From Polaribacter sp. (GTDB lineage: Bacteria; Verrucomicrobiota; Verrucomicrobiia; Opitutales; Coraliomargaritaceae), in NCBI GenBank assembly GCA_964226535.1, contig CAXQRK010000125.1, positions 1 through 51,367 of the forward strand: a stretch of DNA of 51,367 nt. The letters run 5' to 3'. Positions within the stretch are counted from its first letter, which is position 1. Each line of letters begins with the position of its first letter. Under the pieces are notes generated by a model. The model saw only the letters and a program-made list of their open reading frames with translations. It was not told where the DNA came from and did no database searches. Of this stretch, positions 1 through 11,735 are shown piece by piece. Made by a program: the position numbers and the translations under genes.

Positions 1-20
1 ACACGACGCTCTTCCGATCT
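1..20 (+). other. Illumina TruSeq read-1 adapter remnant (artefact)
   Basis: ACACGACGCTCTTCCGATCT is the 3' end of the TruSeq universal adapter. Confidence 0.98.
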
Positions 21-83
21 ATAAATATAAATACGGAAATACGAAAAGACTTATTTCTAGAATGTGCTACACTGTATAAAAGT

Positions 84-1100
84 ATGAAAAAAGCACTGAT
101 TACAGGCATTACCGGGCAGGATGGATCGTATCTTGCAGAATTGCTGTTGGCCAAGGGCTATGAAGTACATGGCATCATTCGTCGCTGTTCAACGTTCAAC
201 ACCGATCGAATCGATCATCTGTATACCGATCCGCATGTACATGGCACCAAATTGTTTCTCCATTATGGTGATCTTGCCGATGGTGTAATGATTATCAAAT
301 TGCTGTATGAGATCAAGCCGGACGAAATTTACCATCTTGGTGCGCAGAGTCATGTGCGTGTGTCCTTCGATGTGCCCGAATATACTGGCGATGTCACGGG
401 GCTGGGCACTTTACGCTTGCTGGAAGCCATGCGTGAATTGAACATGGGCGACAAATGTCGCTTTTATCAGGCGTCCTCATCTGAAATGTTCGGCCTGGTA
501 CAAGAAGTGCCGCAAACCGAGACGACTCCTTTTTACCCGCGTTCACCGTACGGCTGTGCCAAAGTGTACGCCTACTGGCTCACGGTGAATTATCGTGAGT
601 CCTACCAGATGCACGCCACCAATGGTATTTTATTTAATCATGAATCGCCGCGTCGTGGGGAAACGTTTGTCACCCGCAAGATTACCCGCGCAGCGACTCG
701 TATAAAACTCGGCCTACAGGATAAATTGTATCTTGGCAATCTCGATGCGCAGCGCGATTGGGGCTACGCTAAAGAATATGCCGAGGCGATGTGGCTGATG
801 GTGCAGCAAGATGAGGGCGACGATTATGTAATGGCGACCAATGAAACTCATTCGGTGAAAGAGTTTGTGATCGAGACCTTCAATCTGCTCGACCTGGATT
901 GGCAACAATATGTGGAACACGATCAGCGCTATGAACGTCCCACTGAAGTAGACTTACTGATCGGCAATCCGGCCAAGGCCAAAAAACAACTCGGATGGGA
1001 GCCCAAGGTGCGGTTCAAGGATCTGGTTAAGATTATGGTCGATGCGGATCTGGTACTTGCCAAGCAAGAACTTGCGTATAAGCAGGCCATTAATCACTAA
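84..1100 (+). CDS. gmd: GDP-mannose 4,6-dehydratase
   Basis: [25 protein letters not shown] and [17 protein letters not shown] motifs. Confidence 0.98.
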   Translation: MKKALITGITGQDGSYLAELLLAKGYEVHGIIRRCSTFNTDRIDHLYTDPHVHGTKLFLHYGDLADGVMIIKLLYEIKPDEIYHLGAQSHVRVSFDVPEYTGDVTGLGTLRLLEAMRELNMGDKCRFYQASSSEMFGLVQEVPQTETTPFYPRSPYGCAKVYAYWLTVNYRESYQMHATNGILFNHESPRRGETFVTRKITRAATRIKLGLQDKLYLGNLDAQRDWGYAKEYAEAMWLMVQQDEGDDYVMATNETHSVKEFVIETFNLLDLDWQQYVEHDQRYERPTEVDLLIGNPAKAKKQLGWEPKVRFKDLVKIMVDADLVLAKQELAYKQAINH

Positions 1101-1142
1101 TTTGCTGGTGCTCTCGCAGGCACAAGGCGTTCAACAATAAGC

Positions 1143-2090
1143 ATGGATCGAACCGCTAAAATTTATGTTGCCGGCCATCGCGGCATGGTCGGTGCTGCAG
1201 TGGTACGTGCGCTTCGTGCCCGTGGGTTTGAGCGTATAGTTCTGCGCACACGACGCGAACTTGACCTGATAAATCAAGCGGCGGTGCGCAAATTTTATGC
1301 TGCGGAAAAGCCAGACGTTGCGGTGATCGCTGCTGCACGTGTCGGTGGTATCCATGCGAATGATACCTATCCGGCGGAGTTTATAATGGAAAACCTTGCA
1401 ATCGCGCACAATACGATCGGCGAAGCCTATCAGGCCGGCGTGCCGCGCTTGCTCTTTTTGGGCAGTACCTGTATCTATCCGAAATTTGCTGAACAGCCGA
1501 TTCGGGAGGCATCGCTGCTTAGCGGTCCTTTGGAACCCACCAACGAGGCCTATGCCATCGCTAAGATTGCGGGTCTGAAGATGTGTGAGTTCCACCGTCG
1601 CCAATACGGTGTCTGTTATCACTCCGCAATGCCGACCAATCTATATGGTCCGGGAGATCAGTACCATCCACACAATTCGCATGTGCTGCCAGCTTTGATT
1701 CGTCGGTTCCACGAAGCGAAGGTCAGGCATGCCCCGCAAGTGACCATCTGGGGCAGCGGGACACCGCTGCGTGAATTCTTACATGCCGACGATGCTGCAG
1801 CCGGCATTGTGCATTTGCTCCAACTAAAGAATCCTCCGGATTGGGTGAATCTGGGCAGTGGTACCGAAATCTCTATCGCCGATCTCGCCGGCCTAGTTAA
1901 AGCTGCAGTCGGGTATCAGGGAGAACTTATTTTCGACACTGACAAGCCTGATGGCACGCCTCGCAAATTGACGGATATTTCAAAGATTCAAGCAACCGGT
2001 TGGGCACCGCACATTTCAATTGAGCAGGGCGTGTCGATGGTGTATCAATCTTTTCTCAGCGAGCAGGCGACCGGCACGTTGCGCGAGTAA
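1143..2090 (+). CDS. fcl: GDP-L-fucose synthase
   Basis: [36 protein letters not shown] and PDGTPRK motifs; directly follows gmd. Confidence 0.97.
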   Translation: MDRTAKIYVAGHRGMVGAAVVRALRARGFERIVLRTRRELDLINQAAVRKFYAAEKPDVAVIAAARVGGIHANDTYPAEFIMENLAIAHNTIGEAYQAGVPRLLFLGSTCIYPKFAEQPIREASLLSGPLEPTNEAYAIAKIAGLKMCEFHRRQYGVCYHSAMPTNLYGPGDQYHPHNSHVLPALIRRFHEAKVRHAPQVTIWGSGTPLREFLHADDAAAGIVHLLQLKNPPDWVNLGSGTEISIADLAGLVKAAVGYQGELIFDTDKPDGTPRKLTDISKIQATGWAPHISIEQGVSMVYQSFLSEQATGTLRE

Positions 2091-2289
2091 GTGCTGGATG
2101 CCCGGGTGGAGTGACCACAGCGGTTGTTGTAGCGTTGCATGCAATAAAAATGCTGTTCCTGATCAAACAATGCGCCTATTCTGCTTGCAGAATGATTGAG
2201 ATAATATTACGGCGATGTGAGCGATTTATCCGGCAGCATTCGTCTGCGACGCTTACATGCAAGCTCGATTCAATTAAAATGAGGGCGCA

Positions 2290-3174
2290 ATGAGCCAGAC
2301 CATCCATATTATTAGCGGTCCGACTGCGGTTGGTAAGACGGCATATGCCCTTGCGTATGCGCAACGCCACGCTGCCGAGATCATATCCTGCGATGCATCG
2401 CTGGTATATCAAGGCATGGATATTGGTACCGCCAAGCCCTCGTCCGACGACTTGGCCTGTGTGCGACATCATTTAATCGATCTGAAGCCAGTGGATCAAC
2501 CCTATGATATTGTCGCTTATGTGCGTGATGCGCAAGCGGCTGTGGCGGATGTATTTGCACGCGGTCGATCCGTGGTGGTGACGGGAGGCAGTGGGTTTTA
2601 TCTGAAAAGTTTCTTTGCTCCAGTGATTGATCGTGTGCCAGTCTCCGCCGCCACTCGCGCCGAGGTGGCAGCGCTCTACGCAGCAGAAGGCTTGGCCGGC
2701 CTGCTGGCCGAGTTGCGTCAACGCAGCCCTGACGGCTTCGGCAATCTAGATACCTTGAATCCGCGCCGAGTCTTGCGTGCGTTGGAGCGTTGCATCGCAT
2801 CCGGCCGGTCGTTACCTGCCTTGCAAGCCGAGTTTGCCGCAAGTCCGGAGCCATATGCATCGTATACCAAGCAATATCATTTATTGGAGCGCGACCCGGC
2901 GGATTTACGCCAGCGGATTGTCCGTCGAGTCGATCAAATGATGCGCGACGGTCTGGTGGAGGAAGTGGAGCACCTGCGTGCGCGTGGCATTGAGAACAAT
3001 CCAAGTGCCGCCGCTGCGATCGGTTATCGCGAGACCTTATCGTATTTAAATGGTCAGATTGAGCGCAGTGCACTGGTTCCGGCAATCATCCACAACACGC
3101 ATCAATTGGTCAAAAAACAGCGTACCTGGTTTCGCACGCAGATCCGTCGGCCGGACCAACAGATCACACTGTAG
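2290..3174 (+). CDS. miaA: tRNA dimethylallyltransferase
   Basis: GPTAVGKT P-loop, YQGMDIGTAKP, GGSGFY, AIGYRE and KKQRTWFR motifs. Confidence 0.96.
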   Translation: MSQTIHIISGPTAVGKTAYALAYAQRHAAEIISCDASLVYQGMDIGTAKPSSDDLACVRHHLIDLKPVDQPYDIVAYVRDAQAAVADVFARGRSVVVTGGSGFYLKSFFAPVIDRVPVSAATRAEVAALYAAEGLAGLLAELRQRSPDGFGNLDTLNPRRVLRALERCIASGRSLPALQAEFAASPEPYASYTKQYHLLERDPADLRQRIVRRVDQMMRDGLVEEVEHLRARGIENNPSAAAAIGYRETLSYLNGQIERSALVPAIIHNTHQLVKKQRTWFRTQIRRPDQQITL

Positions 3175-3324
3175 GCGATCCGCAAGGGCGCTTATCAGTG
3201 ACTTAGACAGCTGGTCGATACATTTACGGCGTAAATTTTAACATGTTTTTAATCGGGTGTGGTTGCAATTCATCTTATCTGCGTTAACTTGTTAACCAAC
3301 CTAACCCTCATGTAAGTTTATCTG

Positions 3325-5136
3325 ATGAAACACTTTAAAACAAATGCAAGCCCTGATATTCCCGACTCACGTGACCAAATGTACATTCCTTCGCTGCGTG
3401 AGTTAAAATCCAGTTTAATGCCCAAGCATCCACTGATTATTCGCAACCAGGGCAGCGAAGGTGCTTGTACCGGATTCTCATTGGCAGCAGTGATCAATTT
3501 CCTGAATCAAAACAGACAAGTGGATGTTCAAGTGAGTCCACGAATGCTGTATGAAATGGCTCGAAAAAACGATGAGTGGCCCGGCGAAGACTATGATGGT
3601 TCCAGTTTGCGCGGTGCGATTAAAGGATGGAAAAACATGGGGGTGTGCCGCGAAGAGCAATGGCCCTATCTGCTGCGCGGAGGTATCCCGCACCTCACGA
3701 TTGAAGCGGCCAAGGATGCACGCAACCATACGATTGGCGCATATTATCGGATCATGCCTGAAATCGCCCATTTTCACAGTGCACTCAACGAGACCGGGGT
3801 CATTGCGGCTTCAGCCCGTGTGCATGAAGGCTGGCGCGATCCCACCACGGGCACCATCCAGCAAAGTTGTACGATGATTGGCGGCCATGCCTTTGCGATT
3901 GTAGGATACACCCCAGCAGGGTTTATCGTGCAAAATTCCTGGGGGCGCAGTTGGGGCAGCGAGGGTACGGCCATTTGGTTGTATGAGGATTGGATTGAGA
4001 ATGTGATGGATGCCTGGGTGCTCAGTCTTGCCATCCCCACACCTCAGTTATTCGGCAAACAGGCGCAATCTTACAAGGGGTATCGTGCGGTGCAATCGCA
4101 AGGGGTCACGCTGGGTCGTGCAGTTGATCGGGCAGAAATTGCCGGCCATTTCGTGCATATTGACGATGGTAAATATCATGACAAAAAGCGTTACTGGAGC
4201 ACTGCGGAAGATGTTGAGCAAACCGCCGAACTCGTCGCGGACAGTGATCAGTATAAGCATGTGCTGTTCTACTTTCATGGTGGACTGAATTCCCCCAAAG
4301 CGTCTGCCAAGCGTATACGGGCGATGAAGGACGGCTTCAAACGTAATGGAGTGTATCCCTATCACATCATGTATGACACCGGCTTGGTGGAAGAACTGAA
4401 AGATTTGATTGTACGCAAAGGAAGTGCCTCCACCGAACGTGTCGGTGGGTTTTCCGATTGGAGTGATCGTTTGCTGGAGGGCTTGCTGCGCAAAACCGGC
4501 AGATTGGTCTGGGATGAAATGAAAAAAGACGCCAAGGTTGCATTTCAGGCCAACGGTGATGGCTTGAATGCCGTCAATCGTTTCATCAAATATCTGGGGG
4601 CAGCAACTGGGACAAAGAAAAAGAAAATCCACCTCTGTGGTCACAGTACTGGAGCGATTGTCATTGCGCATTTGCTCAATGCCCTGCAAAATCGTATGAT
4701 TGAAATTACTTCCTGTTCACTTCTGGCTCCAGCGGCATCGGCCAAGCTGTTTAACGCGCATTATTTGCCCATCTATCAAAACAAGAAGAAACTCAAACTC
4801 AAGATCCTGCATATTTACAATTTGCTGGCTCATTTGGAGGAGGAGGATACTGTCATTGGTGCTTATCGCAAATCACTCTTATATTTAGTCAGCAACTCAT
4901 TCGAGCATGATGGACGTGACACTCCACTCGTCGGGATGCAAAAATTTTCCGAACATATTACACAAGCTAACGGAATGCCCAAAATTTATTATTCCGATGG
5001 ACGCACTGGATCAACCACTAGAAGTCAATCACATGGGGGATTTGATAATGATCCATACACGATGAATCATGTGTTAAAGTCGATTGTTGGAAAAGCACCG
5101 GATCAACCGTTTACCAAGGACGAACTGGACTTTTAG
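3325..5136 (+). CDS. Papain-like (C1A) cysteine peptidase fused to a C-terminal alpha/beta hydrolase
   Basis: N-half has QGSEGACTGF (Cys), GGHAFAIVGY (His) and QNSWG (Asn). C-half has FHGGLN, GHSTGA (nucleophile elbow) and SHGGFDND. Confidence 0.85.
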   Translation: MKHFKTNASPDIPDSRDQMYIPSLRELKSSLMPKHPLIIRNQGSEGACTGFSLAAVINFLNQNRQVDVQVSPRMLYEMARKNDEWPGEDYDGSSLRGAIKGWKNMGVCREEQWPYLLRGGIPHLTIEAAKDARNHTIGAYYRIMPEIAHFHSALNETGVIAASARVHEGWRDPTTGTIQQSCTMIGGHAFAIVGYTPAGFIVQNSWGRSWGSEGTAIWLYEDWIENVMDAWVLSLAIPTPQLFGKQAQSYKGYRAVQSQGVTLGRAVDRAEIAGHFVHIDDGKYHDKKRYWSTAEDVEQTAELVADSDQYKHVLFYFHGGLNSPKASAKRIRAMKDGFKRNGVYPYHIMYDTGLVEELKDLIVRKGSASTERVGGFSDWSDRLLEGLLRKTGRLVWDEMKKDAKVAFQANGDGLNAVNRFIKYLGAATGTKKKKIHLCGHSTGAIVIAHLLNALQNRMIEITSCSLLAPAASAKLFNAHYLPIYQNKKKLKLKILHIYNLLAHLEEEDTVIGAYRKSLLYLVSNSFEHDGRDTPLVGMQKFSEHITQANGMPKIYYSDGRTGSTTRSQSHGGFDNDPYTMNHVLKSIVGKAPDQPFTKDELDF

Positions 5137-5173
5137 GGGTGATCAGGCATGGTCTGTGCACATACATGAGGTT

Positions 5174-8032
5174 TTAGGAGTCCATCCCAAATACTTTTTG
5201 TGTAGGGGTTTCTGAGTGCGTTGCAAATGTTTCAACATCACCGGTAAAGATGATCTGCCCACCACCGTCACCACCTTCCGGGCCGAGTTCGATGAGCCAA
5301 TCCGCCAAACGAATTACATCCAAATCATGCTCAATAATTAAAATGGTATTGCCGGCATCACGCAACTGGAAGAGCAGATCCATCAGACCTTGCACATCGA
5401 GCCAATGCAGTCCCGTGGTCGGCTCATCTAAAATATATAGGGTTTCGCCCTGCTGACGTCGACTTAACTCCAAGGATAGTTTAATCCGTTGTGCCTCACC
5501 GCCCGACAAGGTGGTGGCCGGCTGGCCAATTTTGATATACCCTAGACCCACTTTCACCAGCGTACGTAGCTTCTCGGCGATCCGTGGTTGCTGATCAAAT
5601 ATCGTCAGGGCTTGGTCGACACTCATCGCCAAGACATCGGCGATAGTATACCCCTTGAAACGCACATCCAATGTCTCACGGTTGTAACGCTGACCATGGC
5701 AACTCGTACATTCTGAATATACGTCCGCCATAAATTGCATATCAAGTTTGATCACACCATCACCCTTACACCGTTCACAGCGGCCACCGGATACATTGAA
5801 GCTAAACCGACTCGGCTGGTAGCCCCGAATCTTTGCCAACGAACATTTTGCATATAACTTGCGCAATTGATCAAATAATTTGGTATAGGTTGCCGGATTC
5901 GAACGTGGGCTGCGTCCAATGGGTGACTGATCTACTTGCACGACCGAAGTGAAATGGTCCAAGCCCGTCACTTTCTTGTGCCGACCCGGAATCGATTTTG
6001 CCCGGTTCAACTTAAATGCCGCCGCCTTGGCTAAAATATCATTTACTAAGGTACTCTTGCCAGAGCCGGATAAGCCACAAACCACAGTAAGTAATCCCAC
6101 CGGAAAAGCGGCATTGATTCCTTGTAAGTTATGCTCGGTTGCCTGCTGCACCGTCAGCCAGTTGCTTGAGGGCCGTAAGGTATCTGCATGTTTCCTGACC
6201 TGCTGCCGCCCACTCAAAAATGCTCCCGAACGACTCATTGTGGCCGTATACGAAGCCTGCGGGGGACCTTCGAAGATCAATTCCCCACCTTGAATGCCAG
6301 CTCCAGGGCCCAGTTCGATCAAATGATCCGCTGCCCGCATGGTATCCGCATCATGCTCGACAACCACGACTGAATTGCCGCGATCGCGCAACCCGACCAA
6401 GGTCTGAATCAAGCGATGATTGTCTAATGGATGGAGACCAATGCTCGGTTCATCCAGCAGATACACCACTCCCATCAGCGACATGCCTAGCTGAGTCGCC
6501 AGGCGCACGCGTTGCGCCTCTCCGCCACTTAATGTAGTGTAGCGACGATTTAAAGTGAGATAGCTCAACCCGACCTGATTGAGGAAAGATAGGCGCTGAG
6601 CCAATCCATGAATCGCGTCACTGACTGGTTGATAGTGGGGATTGGTCGCCAAAGCGTCTACAAAGGCCTCTGCTGCGTGCAGCGACAGACTTAGAAAGTC
6701 TGCAATGGAACGTCCCTCAATCAAGACATTTAAACTTGCCGGGCACAGCCGTCGGCCCTCACAGGTCTGACAGCGACGCCCGGTCTGATATGCCATTAAG
6801 CGGGCCCGTAGGCCATCGCTAGTGGTGGTGCGCCGGACCCGCTCCAACTCCGCCAAAACGCCCTCAAAGCGGCGCCGCTCTGGCGCTGTATGGCCACCCC
6901 TGGTTTTAAAACTAAACTGCCGACTTCCGGTGCCGAACAGGAGTTGTTCTCGCACCTCGATATCCAGTTCTTGCCATGGTAGATTTGGATCAAAAGGCAA
7001 CTGTTCTGCTAATTGCTTTAAGACCGCATTGTACTGGATAATCATTTGCTTCGAACCCAGGCGCCAGGGCTTGATGGCTCCTTGCTTGATCGTTTTTAGC
7101 GGATCTGGCACCAGTAGTTCCGGCTCAAATTGAAGCGTCTCGCCCAGACCTCCGCATTCCGGGCAAGCACCTTCGGCGTGATTCCAAGAAAAATGCCTTG
7201 GCGACACACCATCATAGACCTCACCACAATGCATGCATGCCAGACGATTGCTCAACAACAATTCACGCCAACCACTTGCGTCCTTTGGATCTTCGATTAA
7301 AATGAGTGCCCGGTCGCCACCTTCGCTGAATGCTAATTCCAGCGAATCTGCTAAGCGACTGCGTTGATCGGCGCTTAACACAATACGATCGACCACGATC
7401 TCGACCACAATTTCTCGGGCTTTCGAATCGATCAGGTCACGCTCATCCAGACGTCGCACCGTGCCGTTCATTCGCACACGCTGAAAGCCGCGTTGCTGCA
7501 AGCGCGGGAGTTCTTCGCGCAAAATCGATGGCTTTGCACGCATCCAAGGGGCCAAAATCATTAAACGACTCTTATTGGGCTCGGCAAACAGCCGTGCCAG
7601 GCAATCATCCATTGAACGACGTTCAATGATTCCGCCATCTTTGGGGCAATAGGGGGTCCCACAGACCGCCCACAATACCCGGGCAAAATCGGCAATCTCG
7701 GTGATCGTTGCTACGGTGCTACGCGGACTACTGCCGCCAGCGGTGCGTTGCTCTAATGCAATGACTGGAGAGAGGCCCTGAATAAAATCGACATCCGGAC
7801 GTGGGATCTGGTCGAGCACTCTACGTGCGTGCGTCGACAGACTGTCCATGTACTTGCGGTAGCCTTCTGCATAAATCGTATCAAACGCTAAGGACGATTT
7901 ACCCGAACCACTGACTCCGGTGATGACAACCAGTTGATTGCGCGGAATGTCTAAACTGAGATTACGTAAGTTATGCTCACGCGCTCCCTGCACGGAGATC
8001 GAATCGGCGTGTAATGGCAGCGAAGACTTCAT
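5174..8032 (-). CDS. uvrA: Excinuclease ABC subunit A
   Basis: GAREHNL, two ABC modules ([24 protein letters not shown] twice) and CxxC zinc fingers. ATG 8032 is preferred over the ORF start at 8110. Confidence 0.97.
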   Translation of the reverse strand: MKSSLPLHADSISVQGAREHNLRNLSLDIPRNQLVVITGVSGSGKSSLAFDTIYAEGYRKYMDSLSTHARRVLDQIPRPDVDFIQGLSPVIALEQRTAGGSSPRSTVATITEIADFARVLWAVCGTPYCPKDGGIIERRSMDDCLARLFAEPNKSRLMILAPWMRAKPSILREELPRLQQRGFQRVRMNGTVRRLDERDLIDSKAREIVVEIVVDRIVLSADQRSRLADSLELAFSEGGDRALILIEDPKDASGWRELLLSNRLACMHCGEVYDGVSPRHFSWNHAEGACPECGGLGETLQFEPELLVPDPLKTIKQGAIKPWRLGSKQMIIQYNAVLKQLAEQLPFDPNLPWQELDIEVREQLLFGTGSRQFSFKTRGGHTAPERRRFEGVLAELERVRRTTTSDGLRARLMAYQTGRRCQTCEGRRLCPASLNVLIEGRSIADFLSLSLHAAEAFVDALATNPHYQPVSDAIHGLAQRLSFLNQVGLSYLTLNRRYTTLSGGEAQRVRLATQLGMSLMGVVYLLDEPSIGLHPLDNHRLIQTLVGLRDRGNSVVVVEHDADTMRAADHLIELGPGAGIQGGELIFEGPPQASYTATMSRSGAFLSGRQQVRKHADTLRPSSNWLTVQQATEHNLQGINAAFPVGLLTVVCGLSGSGKSTLVNDILAKAAAFKLNRAKSIPGRHKKVTGLDHFTSVVQVDQSPIGRSPRSNPATYTKLFDQLRKLYAKCSLAKIRGYQPSRFSFNVSGGRCERCKGDGVIKLDMQFMADVYSECTSCHGQRYNRETLDVRFKGYTIADVLAMSVDQALTIFDQQPRIAEKLRTLVKVGLGYIKIGQPATTLSGGEAQRIKLSLELSRRQQGETLYILDEPTTGLHWLDVQGLMDLLFQLRDAGNTILIIEHDLDVIRLADWLIELGPEGGDGGGQIIFTGDVETFATHSETPTQKVFGMDS

Positions 8033-8194
8033 GAATACAAAGTCACATCCATAGACAGGTGCGTACCTGAGCGCAAGACCGAGAACACTTTGTTTGCCAA
8101 GCTGCCACACTCAGCCCAACCTCAGTATCGACGAGTAACACCCAGTTGGCCACCACCATCGTCCTGAAAGCCTGTCAAGGTCGCCATAAAGTAC

Positions 8195-9034
8195 TCACTT
8201 ATTGAGCTTGGACATGTCCGGCAGGTGCTCCCCACAAATTTTGCAATAGACCGCATCACGATCATGATTCACCCAGGCGCAGGAAGCACAGATCTGATCT
8301 GAAATGTTACTGGCATCAACTTCGTCTTTTCTAGGATGCGTCATCTCCGCAGTCACAATTGCTGTTGGCACGGCAATAATTCCATAGCCAATAATCATAA
8401 TCATTGAAGCAACAAACTGCCCGAGTGCCGTTTGCGGGGAAATGTCACCATATCCAACAGTTGTAAGTGTTACGATCGCCCAATACACACCCTTCGGAAT
8501 ACTGTTAAATCCGTGCTCTGGGCCTTCAATAAGATACATCAGTGAGCCCAGTATTAATACCAGAGTGAGCACTCCAAAAACAAACACTGCTATCTTCCGA
8601 GCCGCTGCACGCATTGTCAGCAGTAAAAAATTGGCCTCACCAATATATTTGACCAATTTTAACACACGGAAAATACGCAGCACACGCAATACACGCAACA
8701 GCGATAAATAGTGCACGCCGGGAAAAAGAACATCCAGATAAGTCGGCAGAATCGAGAGAAGATCTACCACGCCATAAAAACTTCGCATGTAGCGCAGCGG
8801 CTGCAAAGAGACATATATTCGAAGTATATACTCTAGTGTAAACAGAATCGTAATAAACCATTCAAAAAAAAAGAGCACACGATACAATTTCGAGTTAAAC
8901 GAGGGTATGCTCTCCAGCATGACCGCAAGCACACTTAAACAAATGGCAGCGATCACTAAAAGATCGAATGCTTTTTCATCCCAGCGACTCGATTTGAAAA
9001 TAATTCTTCGCCACTGCTCCCGAAATCGACTCAT
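8195..9034 (-). CDS. Voltage-gated potassium channel family ion transporter
   Basis: TTVGYGD selectivity filter, S4-like [14 protein letters not shown] and a C-terminal CxxC..CxxC. Confidence 0.93.
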   Translation of the reverse strand: MSRFREQWRRIIFKSSRWDEKAFDLLVIAAICLSVLAVMLESIPSFNSKLYRVLFFFEWFITILFTLEYILRIYVSLQPLRYMRSFYGVVDLLSILPTYLDVLFPGVHYLSLLRVLRVLRIFRVLKLVKYIGEANFLLLTMRAAARKIAVFVFGVLTLVLILGSLMYLIEGPEHGFNSIPKGVYWAIVTLTTVGYGDISPQTALGQFVASMIMIIGYGIIAVPTAIVTAEMTHPRKDEVDASNISDQICASCAWVNHDRDAVYCKICGEHLPDMSKLNK

Positions 9035-9049
9035 TTTGCACCCCCAAGG

Positions 9050-9841
9050 CTACTTTGGTGCTACTTTGGAGGGTGCCTGGTGCAGGATGTCTTCCAGTTG
9101 CAGCCCGGTCATCGTCTTGATTCCACTCAGCAAAATCCACAGGGCGATCATCATGATACACATACTGGGAATGACAATGACGGGCCAGCTCCACGCCATC
9201 ATGCGACTGACTTCGGCATTGAACGCATCGGTGCCACTGGGGCTGATCACGATCCATCGAGCCAATCCATAATTTAATAAACCACTCAATAAGAATGAGC
9301 TGGCGAGCAGCCAGGTGCATTTTTCCAGGAGTGCTTCAAATGCAGATTCGCGATCATGCGCCTGCAAGGCGGCATGTACTTTGTCGACATTGAGCATTTC
9401 TGGGTTGTAGAGCAAGGTACGGATCAGTGGCCAGGGAGTTTTGAGCGATGCGATGACAGCAATCCCGATTAGAACAGGAATGGCGGCCTCCTTCACTGCA
9501 AACCATTCAGTCGGTATTTGTAGAATACCGATTCCACCGGTAAGAACAACGCTGATCAGACCTAAAATCGAAAAAAAGTTGTATTTTGAACGTTTAAAGT
9601 AATCGTAGATAAAGTAGCCGATTGGGAAGAGCAGCGCAATGATCAGGATGGCCACGGCAACATTGTCAAAATAAGGTTCCAAATAGTCACCTAGCAGCGG
9701 TTTGCACTTGCTGAGAATCAAGATCGGCAGCAAAATATTGAATCCAATATTGAGTAGGGCATTTTCCTTCTGTACCGTTCCTTGTCGGGCAATTGTAGAA
9801 TTTTGCGTATTTGCTGCGCTGCTGGGTTGCGGTTTAGCCAT
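9050..9841 (-). CDS. Multi-pass membrane protein (VC0807-like family)
   Basis: [29 protein letters not shown] and SWPVIVIP, about 6 TM segments. Start is uncertain (9841 or 9862). Confidence 0.7.
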   Translation of the reverse strand: MAKPQPSSAANTQNSTIARQGTVQKENALLNIGFNILLPILILSKCKPLLGDYLEPYFDNVAVAILIIALLFPIGYFIYDYFKRSKYNFFSILGLISVVLTGGIGILQIPTEWFAVKEAAIPVLIGIAVIASLKTPWPLIRTLLYNPEMLNVDKVHAALQAHDRESAFEALLEKCTWLLASSFLLSGLLNYGLARWIVISPSGTDAFNAEVSRMMAWSWPVIVIPSMCIMMIALWILLSGIKTMTGLQLEDILHQAPSKVAPK

Positions 9842-9865
9842 ATACTCAACTATGGTTTTCAAATC

Positions 9866-10534
9866 ATGTCAAACGCAAGCTCAATTCGCTGCTTAATCAC
9901 TGCGGGGCCGACCCGTGAGTTCATTGATCCGGTGCGCTATCTAAGTAATCCGTCGACTGGGAAGATGGGCTATGCGCTCGCTGAAGCCTGTGTAGGCGCC
10001 GGTTGGACCGTCGACTTAGTAGTCGGTCCGGTCGCTCTCAAGGAGCCGGATCAGGTTATTTTATATCCGGTGCTTAGTGCCGAGGAGATGTATCATCAAG
10101 TGGATGCCTTGTTTGATGCCTGCGATGTATTTATCATGACTGCAGCAGTGAGTGACTTTCGCCCGGTCAGGCAACATGCGCAGAAGGAAAAAAAAGAGCA
10201 GGCATCAATGATCATTGAATTTGAGCGCACCATTGATATTTTAAGCACCATGTCCGAGCGCAAGCGTCACCAAATCGTCGTCGGCTTTGCTGCAGAAACG
10301 CACAACGTCGATGCATATGCGCGGCGCAAGCTGGTAGAAAAGCGTTGCGACTGGATGGTCGCCAACCAAGTCGGCACGGTCGGCACGGGCTTTGCTGCCG
10401 ACATCAATGCAGTGACGCTGATGGCGGCTGATGGCCGTTCATACAAAATGGGCCCGGCCAGCAAAGCGGTCATTGCCAGCAAACTAATCCAAATGATCCG
10501 CCCGAGCCTGCCTCAAACCACTGCATTTCAATGA
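9866..10534 (+). CDS. coaB: Phosphopantothenate--cysteine ligase (stand-alone CoaB/DFP domain)
   Basis: [32 protein letters not shown] and VGFAAET motifs; no CoaC flavoprotein domain. ATG 9866 chosen. Confidence 0.9.
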   Translation: MSNASSIRCLITAGPTREFIDPVRYLSNPSTGKMGYALAEACVGAGWTVDLVVGPVALKEPDQVILYPVLSAEEMYHQVDALFDACDVFIMTAAVSDFRPVRQHAQKEKKEQASMIIEFERTIDILSTMSERKRHQIVVGFAAETHNVDAYARRKLVEKRCDWMVANQVGTVGTGFAADINAVTLMAADGRSYKMGPASKAVIASKLIQMIRPSLPQTTAFQ

Positions 10535-11703
10535 AACCGAATGGACTCGATAAAATACTGGGCCGAATCGATGATCTCGATTCGGTCAATCTCGGTATTT
10601 TGGTGCAGCGTTTGGCACGCGACCGCAAATTGCAGGAAACTGTATTTAATACGATTCAGGATGGTATCTTGGTGATTGATTCGGATGGTGTGGTTCAATA
10701 TACCAACAAAGCTGCCTTCGCTTTGATTGGATTAAAAGAGGAGGATGTGGGGAGTACCCGTCTGTGGAAAATGGTGCCGGACTTGGCTCGTTCGATTGAC
10801 CTCGATCAGACGAATGACCCGGCGCAAACATCCCCGGTATTTTCACGTGAGGTCGAACTCAGTTATCCGGAGCATCGCTTTGTCCGTTTATATATGGTAC
10901 CGATTGATGCACAAGTCGGGCATAACGATAGCGGCAGTATGGTCGTGGTACTCTCGGATGTGACCGAAGAAAAAGTTTCCATGGAGGAGCGGATTGAAGG
11001 CGAACGCATCGCCTCAATCATGCGCCTCTCTGCAGGGGTGGCGCATGAGCTGGGCAATCCACTCAACTCATTGACCATCCATTTGCAACTGATTGAGCGC
11101 AAATTGAAGAAGTGCGCACTCGACGACAAAGTCGACGGTGTCGCCGAATCCCTCAAGGTATGCCAGGCTGAGGTGCAACGTCTTGACGGGATCATTACAC
11201 ATTTCCTCGAAGCCGTGCGTCCGCAGCAGCCCGAATTGAACGAACTCGACCTGATTGAACTGGTTGACGAGGTACTGCAGGTTCAAGCAGTGGAATTGAG
11301 TAATCGATGCCTGGATGTAAACGTCGAAGTGGGCAAATCAATTCCGACCATTCTCGGCGATCGCGGTCAAATCAAGCAGGTTTTTTTCAATTTGATCAAG
11401 AACGCGATGGAAGCCATGCAGTCAGGCGGCAAATTGAAGATTTTGGCAAAGCGCGACGACGACTTTATATATATGCAATTCATCGATACTGGCTCAGGCA
11501 TTGCCGAGGACGATCTGGCACGTATTTTGCAGCCCTACTACACAACCAAGAAAGAAGGCCATGGACTTGGGATGATGATTGTGCAGCGCATTATGCGCGA
11601 TCACGGCGGACAGCTTGGGATTGAATCGAAACAAGCGCAAGGCACCGTCATTACCCTGCAATTTCCGCAGCAACACCGTCGCACACGCTTACTGGAAGCA
11701 TGA
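10531..11703 (+). CDS. Cytoplasmic PAS-domain sensor histidine kinase (NtrB-like)
   Basis: PAS-like [10 protein letters not shown]-box [10 protein letters not shown]-box [16 protein letters not shown] and GHGLG; no TM segment; ATGA overlap with coaB. Confidence 0.93.
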   Translation: MKPNGLDKILGRIDDLDSVNLGILVQRLARDRKLQETVFNTIQDGILVIDSDGVVQYTNKAAFALIGLKEEDVGSTRLWKMVPDLARSIDLDQTNDPAQTSPVFSREVELSYPEHRFVRLYMVPIDAQVGHNDSGSMVVVLSDVTEEKVSMEERIEGERIASIMRLSAGVAHELGNPLNSLTIHLQLIERKLKKCALDDKVDGVAESLKVCQAEVQRLDGIITHFLEAVRPQQPELNELDLIELVDEVLQVQAVELSNRCLDVNVEVGKSIPTILGDRGQIKQVFFNLIKNAMEAMQSGGKLKILAKRDDDFIYMQFIDTGSGIAEDDLARILQPYYTTKKEGHGLGMMIVQRIMRDHGGQLGIESKQAQGTVITLQFPQQHRRTRLLEA

Positions 11704-11735
11704 GGATATATTATTGAGTCTTAAAACCGTATGAA

